From Pristiophorus japonicus (Eukaryota), in the NCBI RefSeq assembly GCF_044704955.1, contig NC_091987.1, forward strand, positions 26,102,001-26,166,000: 64,000 nucleotides of DNA. The letters run 5' to 3'. Positions 53,488 through 64,000 of this stretch are shown here, in pieces. The notes beneath the pieces were generated by a model. It searched no databases. It was not told the origin of the DNA and saw only the letters and a list, made by a program, of their open reading frames with translations. Numbering within the stretch: the first letter of the stretch is position 1; each line of letters starts with the position of its first letter. The position numbers were made by a program, and so were the translations under genes.

Positions 53488-53984
53488 ATGCATTTAACTC
53501 GATGCCTTGTGTCTGCGTTGCTGTTGCACAGTAAGTCTCTCTTGGCATTGCTTGGGCGCAGTTTGGCTACGAATAAGAACATAAGAACATAAGAAATAGG
53601 AACAGGAGTAGGCCATTCAATAAGATTATGGCTGATCTTATAACAACGGCCCTGTGATTTAACCCATTTATTTTGCTGCTTTCCACAGGTGTAGCGACCG
53701 GCAAAGTTCAGCAAAGTCCGGCTGTAATCATCAATTCATTGCAGTCCCCGCTGCACATGCGGTGTTCTGCGGATGGATCCTTTACATCAGAGTTTTTCTG
53801 GTACCGCCAGCTCCCAGACGGTCAGCTCTTGCTACTCTTCCACTCTGCCAACACCGGCGGCATGGACCCGGTGGGCGAGGTGGACGGTTTCGCCGCCTCA
53901 AGACCCGATCACTCCACATTCTATCTGAAAACGGCCAGTCTTCGAGCGGAGCATTCTGGGCTGTATTACTGCAGCTGGAATCCG
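53488..53984 (+). CDS. TRBV: TCR V gene segment F1, probably functional (leader 53488-53530, V exon 53689-53984)
   Basis: MHLTRCLVSALLLHS-VATGKVQQSP...MRC...FFWYRQ...SGLYYCSWNP. Confidence 0.88.
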
Positions 53985-54023
53985 CACAGCAGCACAGGGA
54001 GCCGGTGCAGTGCTACAAAAACA
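53985..54023 (+). other. 23-RSS of F1
   Basis: CACAGCA-23 nt-ACAAAAACA. Confidence 0.9.
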
Positions 54024-55173
54024 CGGCGCAGCAGACAACGTGGCTCAGGGCCGGACCGGGCGCTGCATTGCTGGCGGTGGAGTCAACCCAGAGCGGGGAT
54101 GAGAAGGGACAGCACGGGTTAGAAACAGAGGCGGTACGGGTTAGATATAGGGACAGCACGGGTTAGATACAGGAAAGTACGGGCTAGTTACGTGGACACT
54201 ATGGCTTAGATATTTAAGAACATAGGACATAGGAACAGTAGTTGGACATTCGGCCCCTCAATCTTGCTCCACCATTCAATAATCATCGACCTCAACTCCA
54301 ATTTACAGCTCGATCTCCATATCCCTTGGTTCCCAATGATTGCAACAATCTATCGATCTCAGCGTTTAATATATTCAGCGACTCAGCTTCGAAGGCACTC
54401 TGGGCCAGATAATCCAAAGGATTCACCACTCTCTGAGTGTAGAAATTCCTCATCTCAGTCGTAAATCGCCAACCCTTATTCTGAGACTGTGACCCCTGGT
54501 TCTAGACTCTCCAGCCAGGAGAAACTTCCTCTCTGCACCTACCCAGTCAATGCACTCAGAATCTTGCATGTTTTGATGAGATCACCTCTCATGCTTCTCG
54601 ATTCCTGAGCCTATAGGCACATTCTACACAAGAGCTCATCATAGGGCAGCCCTCTCATCCTAGGAATCAATCTAATGATGCAGGATTAACACGGGTTAGA
54701 TACAGGGACCACCCGGGTTAGATAAAGGGACAGCACAGCTTATATACAGGGACAGCATGGATTAGATATAGGGACCCGGCGTGTACGATACAGTAAGAGC
54801 AAGTTATTGACTAACTGGTTAGATATAGAGCGAATCACAGATACAGTATAACTCCCTTTTCTGACGACCTTGGAGTTGTTGCAGGTTTATAGAAGCCGAT
54901 ACACCGCCAGAAAAGGGTGTAGAATAGACCGCCGATTAGCCTGTGTTCTCTTTCGCCGCGCCCCGGAAATGACCAGTCCCGATGTGGGAGCCAATGAACA
55001 AGTGAAGAGAGCTTGCCCCCTCCCCCATCCGAACAGGTAACATTGGAGAGTTGGGGCGGGGGCGGGGGCGGGGGCAGGACATCCCACTCAGTGCCAGTGC
55101 TGTGAGATATTCGGCAATACAACGGCTCAGTGATTGCACACCATAAAGCACCCGGATCTTCCTCTCTCCAGAG

Positions 55174-55979
55174 ATGGCTGTGCCTCAGCTCTGGGTTGTG
55201 TTGCTGGTGTTAGTGTGTAAGGTGAAGCTTGGCTGTGAGAACTCAGCATCCCTCGCTTTTATTTCCCCGTTTCCCTTCACACCGCGGGCTGGTGTAAATT
55301 CTTTCTCCCTCGGTTTAGCTTATTCGCTCTGTGTCTGTTTATCTCGCTCTCTCTGTCTCCCACCCTCTCTGCCTCTCTCTCTCACTCTCTCTCTCTGTCT
55401 CCCTTACTTTCCCGTTTCTATCGCTCCCTCCTCGAGTGCTCTTTCTCCTCCTGTGGTGATGTGTAGATTTTCGCTAGGTTTATGTCTCTCTCTGTATCTC
55501 ACTCTCTCTCCGCCTTTGCCTCTCTCTCTCTCCATTCTGCTCTCTTGCACTCTCTGTCTGGCTCTGTGTCTCTGTCTCTCATGGCCCCTCTCTCGCGCGC
55601 TCTCTCTCACCTCTTCTGCCCTTTCACGACGGGTGTCTATATGCAATTTCACCCTGGGTTTCCCTCTCTCTTTCTATGTTTTACAGATGTGGCCGCCGTG
55701 CTGATCCAACAGACCATGGCTTCCATATCCAAGTGCCAGGGCACTCCGGTTAGTACCGAGTGCCTTTACACAGAACAACAGCTGGCTCCTATTTCTACTG
55801 GTACCAGTGTCATCCTGGCCGGGAGCCTCAGAACCTTTTCTATTCAAACCTCCCGGGAATGGTCACCCCATGCGGTCAGGTGGACGGATGCACTGCCAGG
55901 AGAACCAATGATACCCACTGATCCCTGAAATCCTCCAGACTGCGGTCGATCAGGCGTGTATTGCAGCGCGTGGAGACTG
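55174..55979 (+). pseudogene. TRBV: TCR V pseudogene E (leader 55174-55216, V exon from 55687)
   Basis: MAVPQLWVVLLVLV leader; VLIQQT...EC, frameshift, YFYWYQ...; TGA 55919; CSAWRL; damaged RSS CAGTG-24-ACACGATCC (55980-56017). Confidence 0.82.
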
Positions 55980-56086
55980 CAGTGACTTGGAGGGATGGGG
56001 TGGTCTCGACACGATCCACAAAGGCAGCCGGAGACTCTTATTGGACTCTTGTGTTCTATCTGAGTCTGTTTCTGTACGTCTGTTCC

Positions 56087-56117
<31 letters not shown>

Positions 56118-58307
56118 CTTAACTATCTCTCTGTCTGTCTAGCTATCTCTCTACATATCTATCAGTCTATCTCTCCCCCTCTATTTTTAGGTAGTACTGT
56201 TTAAATAAATTATATATCATGGATTACTTTTTTTATTTATATTGATTTATCTACTTATTCTTTTTCACTGCAGAATATTACAGTAGATTACGACTTATTA
56301 AAAATACTGTCTTAAAGTTTAAGATATCGTTTAACTATGGGATCCTCTACAATTTACAACAGATTATGAACTGCGGTAAATGGGTGATTTTAATAATTGA
56401 AAAACGGACGCAGCAATATGGGATTTAATTAAGCAGAGCTTAATTGCACTCGTGAATAGTTCCCTGGATCATACCAATAGAGGAGGTGCTTATCCCTCCA
56501 CTATCTACCCATATATATTTATCCAATTCCATTTTAAATCCTGCTTTTCAATTTGCTTTTCCACCCTTTCATCACAACATTCTACTCACCTGCCGTTCCG
56601 CTTTTTTGTCAATTACCTTAAATTTTCTTCTTTGTTGATCGATCCTCCTGCCACTGGGTACCGTATGTCTTTGTTTACTGTATCAAAACTCTGGAATTAT
56701 TTTAAGCACCACTTTTAGCCTCCACTTAACAATCACTGCTATAAGAGGAACAACCCATACAAGCAGGAAACAGTTAAACTTGGAATATTGAAACGTGTGA
56801 CTGATATTTTATATTATGCAGCCGCGAGATGACGCTCCAGATCTTTTCTCACGGGAACACTGCCTCCTGACAGATGTTCGAGTATCTGTTGAAAGCCGTT
56901 AACTCACTTGTCTATCAAACTCTCGGTACCTTTGAAGTGTTTTTTTAAAGAATCTAGGAGTGTAGCCGCGTCAAGAATGTAACCCTTTAATTGTTGTTTA
57001 GCACATGGAACTGAAATTCGCACTGCCTGAAACTGAAGTGAATTTTCGCGCAACATTGTTCTCTGTTAAATAGAATTAAACAATTGTACAGCACAAAAGG
57101 AGGGCATTCGGGCCATCGAGCCTGCACCCGCTGTGAGAAATAGCTATCCAATTAGTCCCACAGTATCCTCCTCCTACCCCTCTTCATCTCCCTCCATCAG
57201 CATAACCCTCTCTCTCATGTCCTTATGTAGCTTCCACTCAATTGCCTCTATGCTGTTCACACCAACCACTCCTTATTGTAACAAGTTAAATATTCCCATC
57301 ACTCTTTGGTTAAGTAGAAGCTTCTGAATTCTCTTGGAGAGGTATTCGTGACGATGTTATTAATTACCTGTAGTTGTGGTTTATCCGATATAATTAGTCC
57401 CACCCCCTGCTCTTACCCAATAGACCTTCATTTATGTTCCTTTTCAAATATGATCCCAATTCCCATTTGGAAATTACTATTAAATTTGCTTCCACCGCAC
57501 TTTCAGGCAGTGTATTCCATATCATGATAATCCGCTGAGTTAAAAAGATTCTCCTGAAAGAAGGAAGGAAAGAAATAAAGAAAATAAAGTAAGGATGACA
57601 GACTCAAAGAAAGGATATAACGAAAGGAACAAGAAAGAAAGATGGAAACAAAAAAAAACGTTTGCCAGCTTAAAGGAAATCTGTGATTGCACGAGAGAAT
57701 GTACAGAGGAAATGTACGAGGATGTTGCCCAGACTGGAGAATTTTAGCTATGAGGACAGATTGAATAGGCTGGGGTTGTTTTCTTTCGAAAAGAGGAGGC
57801 TGAGGGCAGTCCTTGTGAAAAATGAGGCGGTGCGTAGATAGAGTGGATTGGAAGGACCTCCGCAGAGGGGTCAACAACCAAGGGGACACAGATTTAAAGT
57901 AATTGCTGGCAGGTTTAGAGCTGATTTCAGGAGAAGTGTTTTCAGCCACAGGTAGCTGAGGTTCTGGATCTGACTGCCTGAAAGTTTGATAGTAGCACAA
58001 GCCCTCACCACATTTAAAATGTACTTGGAAATGCACTTGAAGTGCCGTAACCTACAGGGCTACCGACCGAGAGCTAGTAAGTGGGATGAGGCTGTGCAGC
58101 TCTTTGTCGGCCTTCACGGATACGATGGACCGAAATGGCCTCCTCCCGTGCAGTAAATTTCCATGATTCTATGATTAAAGTCAGGGGCGGATATATTTGC
58201 CGTGACGCAATTTCCGCTTTATGTCGTTGTATTTTGCATCGCTCAGTCTTTCTCAGTCTCTTAAAGCCAGAATAAGCAGCTGAACGCGTCTTAGATTCCC
58301 CGCAAAG

Positions 58308-58951
58308 ATGCGATTCCATTTTCCCATCAGTGCTGTTTTCTTTCTGACGCTGAGTAAGTTAAAATTCGATTAAAATCAACGTGCGATACTTGCGGTTAAG
58401 TAATTTTTCAGCAATCAATTACCAATAGTGTTATGAATTTTATTTCAACCGTTTAATAGTTACTCATTGATTCAATTTTGTAGATTCCTCTCTTCTAGTT
58501 TACAGTTGCGTGGTCCCTAGTGCTTGCGGCAAATTCGTCAAAGGCTGAATTTCTATCGATAATTCAGCACAACCCCAGCATGCATTGTTGCAAGTCTAAC
58601 TTAAACCGTCCGAATTTTGTCCCCCCTAATTGCTGTTTCCAGGTGGTTCCCAGGGCGATGTGCTGCATCAGTGGCCCCGTTCGCTTAGCGTCAGCCAGCG
58701 AGGAGTCGCCGAACTGAACTGTTTTCAGAATGGGACGGTTCGCAGCTACATGCTGTGGTATCGTCAGTCCGCCGGCGGAGTTTGGGCCTTAATCGGGTCT
58801 ATTTACCAAAGCAATGACGCTCAGTATGAAAAGAGTTTCGACAGCGGGTTTGCCATCACGAGGACTAAGGACAAAAGGAAATCCACGCTGATGGTCGAGA
58901 GCATTAAACCCAGCGATCTGGCGGTGTATTTCTGTGCAGCTACTGATGGGA
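58308..58951 (+). CDS. TRBV: TCR V gene segment D2, probably functional (leader 58308-58353, V exon 58643-58951)
   Basis: MRFHFPISAVFFLTLS-GSQGDVLHQWP...ELNC...MLWYRQ...DLAVYFCAATDG. Confidence 0.9.
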
Positions 58952-58990
58952 CACAGCGGTTCAGAGTCATTCGCCGCCTCGACAATAAAT
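58952..58990 (+). other. 23-RSS of D2
   Basis: CACAGCG-23 nt-ACAATAAAT. Confidence 0.88.
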
Positions 58991-61146
58991 CTCAGATGGT
59001 CCGCCCTCAGAATTGTGTAACTTTGTAGCGGATTCAGAAAACAGCTAGCGGTGCTCAATTGTGATCACCATGTTCCTGGGTTAGACCACAATTAGACTAC
59101 CTTACAGACCTATATGGCATTATGTAGCATAGTGGTTATGTTGCTGGAATAGGAATCCAGCGACATGAATTCAAATCCCACCGTGACAGATGGGAATTTA
59201 AAGTCATAATAATTAAATAAAATTGGAATATCAGTAAATATGGTAATACGTGGCTTGTCTTAAAAACCCATTTGTTTCCGTAATTTCCTTTAGGGAAGGA
59301 CAAGTGCCTCCCTTACCCAGTCAGGCCTATATTTGAATCTGAACCCAACGTAGTTGTCTCTTTAATGCAGTAGCAAGCCGTTCAGTTTTATTCAAGAATG
59401 CAGCTCACCACCGCTTTGTTGAGGGTAATTAGGGATGGGCAATAAATGCTGTCCTTTCCGTCGATGTTGAAAATCCTTGATTGAATGCAGAAAACACCGT
59501 TCTGGTCTCCAAATAGCGTTGTTACACCACAATTAAAATAATGTAAGATTATGAAAGGGTAGGCACAGAGAAGAAGCTTCCACCTGTGGGGACCAGACCT
59601 AAGGGCCGTCAATATAAGATGTTCACTAATAAACCCAGTAGGGAATTGAGTAGAAACCTCATTACAGAGAGTGGTAAGCATGTGAAACTCGTTACCACGA
59701 GGACTGCTTGAGGCAAATACCATAGAAGCTGGATAAAGACAAGAAAGGAATAGCAGTTTCTGCTGATAGGATGAGATGAAGCAAGGTTCTGGAGAAAGCT
59801 CTGTAGAGCATAAAAAGCGGCATGGAACAGTTTAGCCTGAAGACCTGTTTCCGTGGAGTAAATTAGATGTCATTCAATGTAAGAAGCATCAACATCTGAG
59901 AGGAAGGTGAACATAATTTAAAGGCGATCAATTTCAGGACTGACTTGAAAATGCCGAGCAAATCTATTGTACTGCGAAAGAAATAAACCCCAGTTGCTTG
60001 TAGTTGCACATTGTCGCCACTAGCTAGCGCGGTAGCTTCACTGCAGCCTGTGCCACGAACTGCCATTGGCACAGACTGAGCAACGCAGCCACAGATGTAC
60101 GAGTCCCCTTAATGGTCAACTCGGCTGGTTCTGTAGACTTTCAGTCCCACACCATTTGGCACAAAAGCCAGTTATCGTCGTCATGTCTGCTGCTTTCTAT
60201 TGATATTCAATGAGTCACATCAGCTACCTGTCAAAAATCCACTTTATTTTCAATTACTGTTTGTTTTGATTGCAAAAGGATCTTAATAATCTGCAAATCC
60301 ACACGTACACTGATGACACGTAACTCTACCTTACCACCACCTCTCTCGATTCCTCCATTGCCTCTGATTTATTTCAATACTTGTCCCTCATCCAGTACTG
60401 GATGAGCAGAAATTTCCTCCAACTAAATCCCACCATCAACTCAGTTCCAGAACCTCTGACTCCATGCGTCTCCCTGGCAACTGTCTGACACTGAACCAAA
60501 CTGTTCACAATCGAGATTTAATACTTGACCACGAGATGAGCTTCCAACAACATATAGAATCATTGGAACTTACAGGAAATGGTCCGGATTGTATTCTGCA
60601 CTCTTTCTCTTCTCTACATCTTCTGTTGTGCCTCAATAGCGACCAGAACTGTACGCAGCACTCCAAGAGTGGTCTAACCAGGGTTAGATACAGGTTTAGC
60701 ATAACTTCACTATTTTTCAATTCTATACCTCTAGAACGAACCCCTAGTGCTTCGTTTGCTTTTTTATGGACTTGGTAACTTGGATCGCAAGTTCTTACAT
60801 TTATAAATTTAGAACATATTTGTCTCCAGCCCCTGCTAGAAATTTGTTTCCACACCTGGCCAATGCACCTTAGGAAGGAAGTCTTGACCACACAGAACTT
60901 GCAGGAGAGATTTACCAGATTGGTAGCAGGAATGAGGGACTTCAGTTCCGTGGAGAGTCTGGCGAAGCTGGGACGGGGCGGGGCTGGGAGACTGCAGCTG
61001 CTTGTCACACTGTAACTGGGCGGGGTGTGGAGTAAGCTGAAGCTGCTGTCAGTCACACTGAACTGCAGGGACAGAAACTCTCGCGCGGGCGCCACGAGTG
61101 CAGATTCTTGATCGCTGTTTTTCTCTTTTGCAAACTTTTAAGGACA

Positions 61147-61641
61147 ATGCATTTAACTCGAAGCCTTGTGTCTGCGTTGCTGTTGCACAGTAAGTCTCTC
61201 TTGGCATTGCTTGGGCGCAGTTTGGCTACGAATAAGAACACAAGAACATAAGAAATAGGAATAGGAGTAGGCCATTCAATAAGATCATGGCTGATCTTAT
61301 AACAACGGCCCTGTGATTTAACCCACTTATTTTGCTGCTTTCCACAGGTGTAGCGAGCGGCAAAGTTCAGCAAAGTCCGGCTGTAATCTCCAATTCACTG
61401 CACTCCCCGCTGCACATGCGGTGCTCTGCGGATGGATCCTTCAACAGTGTTTTCTTGATACCGCCAGCTCCCAGACGGACGGCTCTTGCTGCTCTTCCAC
61501 TCTGCCAACGCCGACGGCATCGACCCGGCGGGCGATGTGGACCGCTTCGCCGCCTCAAGACCCGATCACTCCACCTTCCACCTGAAAACGTTCAGCCTTC
61601 GAGTGGATTATTCTGGGCTGTATTACACCAGCAGTAGTCTG
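61147..61641 (+). pseudogene. TRBV: TCR V pseudogene F2 (leader 61147-61189, V exon 61348-61641)
   Basis: Frameshift and TGA at W41; YYC changed to YYT; RSS intact CACAGTG-23-ACAAAAGCA (61642-61680). Confidence 0.9.
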
Positions 61642-61974
61642 CACAGTGGCACAGGGAGCCGGTGCAGTGCTACAAAAGCACGGCGCAGCAGAGAATGTGG
61701 CTCAGGCTCGATCCGGGCGCTACATTGCTGGCGGTGGAGTCAACCCAGAGGCGGAGGCTGGGGGGCGGGGCGTATTTCGTGGCTGCGAAGGGCAAGCACA
61801 CGTTAGAAAGAGAGATAGCATGGGTTAGATACAGAAACAGTGCGGATTAGCTACAGTGAGAGTATGGGTTAAATACAGAGACATTGTGAGTTATATACAG
61901 AACAGCACGCTTAGACAGAGGGTCAGCAAGGGTTACATACGGTTTCAGTACAGCTTGAATACAAGAACAAGAAT

Positions 61975-62127
61975 AATATCCGCCAGACTCCAGCCGCTGT
62001 CCCCAAAATTGTTGCGGATGGAATTGAAGTGAAATGCACTGTGGAGGTAGCAGGTATCCCTCACATGTTCTGGTACAGACAATACCAGTGGAAGGAGCCG
62101 CAGTTGATGTTTTACTCCCCAACTGTA
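61975..62127 (+). pseudogene. Truncated family-A V fragment (FR1-CDR2)
   Basis: NIRQTPAAVPKIVADGIEVKC...MFWYRQ...PQLMFYSPTV running straight into (ATCT)n; no leader or RSS. Confidence 0.85.
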
Positions 62128-62128
62128 A

Positions 62129-62191
<63 letters not shown>

Positions 62192-62523
62192 TCTGTCTCT
62201 CTATTCTTCTTTCTATCTTTCTGTGTATCTATATCTATGTCGCTCTGTCTCTCTGCTCAACTGCAATGTATATATCTATCTGTCTCCATCTTTCACTGTA
62301 TCTCGATTTTCTACCTCCATATCTATCTATCTACCATCTATCTAGCTTTCGTTTTATCATCTATATTTGTGTTCTTTAATCGTACTTCTTAAATAAATGA
62401 TATAGCATGGATTGCATTTTTATATATATTTTTTCATCTACTTACTCTCTTTCACTTCAAATGATTACATAGATTATTAATTATTAGAAATGCTGTATTA
62501 ATGTCTTTGAATGTCCTTTAATT

Positions 62524-63905
62524 ATAAGAACATAAGAACATAAGAATTAGCAACAGGAGTAGGCCATCAAGCCCCTCGAACCTGCTCCACCATTCAAAAA
62601 GATCATGGCTGATCTGGCTGTGGACTCAGCTCCACTTACCCGCCCACTCCCCATAACCCTTAATTCCCTTATTGGTTAAAAATCTATCTATCTGTGACTT
62701 GAATACATTCAATGAGCTAGCCTCAACTGCTTCCTTGGGCAGAAAATTCCACAGATTCATAACCCTCTGGGAGAAGAAATTAATTCTCAACTCGGTTTTA
62801 AATTGGCTCCCCCATATTTTGAGGCTATGCCCCCTAGTTCTAGTCTCTCCGACCAGTGGAAACAACCTCTCTGCCTCTATCTTGTCTATCCCTTTCATTA
62901 TTTTAAATGTTTCTATAAGATCACCCTTCATCCTTCTGAACTCCAACGAGTAAAGACCCAGTCTACTCAATCTATCATCATGAGGAATCATAAGGAATCA
63001 TCACTAGGCTGATTCCGGATATAACAAGCATGGTGGATTCCTCATCTCCGGAATCAGCCTAGTGCATCGTCTCTGTACCCCCTCCAAAGCCAGTATATCC
63101 TTCCTTAAGTAAGGCGACCAAAACTGCACGCAGTACTCCAGGTGCGGCCTCACCAATACCCTATACAGTTGCAGAAGGACCTCCCTGCTTTTGTACGCCA
63201 CCTGCAAACTAACTTTTTGGGATTCATGCACAAGGACCCCCAGGTCCCTCTGCACCGCAGCATGTTGTAATTTCTCCCCATTCGATTAGTATTCCCTTTT
63301 TTTGTTTTTTTTCCCAAGGTGGATGACCTCACACTTTCCGACATTGTATTCCATTTGCCAAACCTTCGTCCATTCGCTTAACCTATCTAAATCTCTTTGC
63401 AGCCTCTCTGTGTCCTCGACATAACCCGTTTTCCCACTCATCTTTGTGTCATCTGCAAATTTTGTTACACTACACTCTGTCCCCTCTTCCAGGTCATCTA
63501 TGTATATTGTAAACAGTTGTGGTCCCAGCACCGATTCCTGTGGCACACCACTAACCACCGATTTCCAACCTGAAAAGGACCCATTTATCCCGACTCTCTG
63601 CTTTCTGTTCAGCAGCCAATTCTCTTTCCATGCTAATACATTTCCACTGACCCCGCGTACCTTTATCTTCTGCAGTAACCTTTTGTCTGCCACCTTATCG
63701 AATGCCTTTTGAAAATCTAAATACACCACATCCATCGGTACACCTCTATCCACCATGCTCGTTATATCCTCAAAGAATTCCAGTAAATTAGTTAAACATG
63801 ATTTCCCCTTCATGAATCCATGTTGCATCTGCTTGATTGCAATATTCCTATCTAGATGTCCCGCTATTTCTTCCTTCATGATAGTTTAAAGCATTTTCCC
63901 CACTA
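62524..63905 (-). mobile_element. CR1 LINE 3' part, same subfamily as 35481-39923
   Basis: ORFs 62626-63879 with RT motifs; AAGAACAT tail. Confidence 0.92.
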
Positions 63906-64000
63906 TATGGGATTCTCTACATTTTAACAGCAGAAAATGAAGTGGGGTGAATGGGTGCTTGTTCGTGTTGAAAGCACGGGGCAGGCATATGGGAAGGAAT

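Noticed and set aside
9593-61680. NAR-TCR, IgH-like (TAILV/VH-delta) or germline-joined segments
   Set aside because: No VNAR- or VH-type framework, no leaderless supporting V, and no pre-joined D/J sequence after any V

Overview
Vertebrate genomic DNA, most likely from a cartilaginous fish (shark-type CR1/L2/RTE LINEs, SINE-derived minisatellites). The window holds part of a translocon-type T-cell-receptor V-gene array, most likely TCR-beta. I read 14 V-segment sites in about 7 families. Five look functional, with leader exon, intron, V exon and a 22/23-bp-spacer RSS (starts 9593, 15318, 17954, 53488, 58308). One is an intact V ORF with a damaged start codon and RSS (7046). Seven are V pseudogenes or fragments, one of them inverted, and one is an orphan leader. 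No D, J or C segments were found. The array grew by tandem duplication of two cassettes (0.2-19 kb and 41.7-62.5 kb). The most unexpected feature lies between them (about 27.4-41.5 kb). The non-repeat islands left between nested retrotransposons translate on the minus strand into colinear, decayed motifs resembling a mononegavirus (filo/paramyxo-like) L polymerase, so this is a candidate ancient endogenous viral element. That call rests on motifs recalled from memory and needs a profile search. Two assembly gaps (7123-7265, 41534-41671) limit interpretation. Repeat boundaries are approximate.
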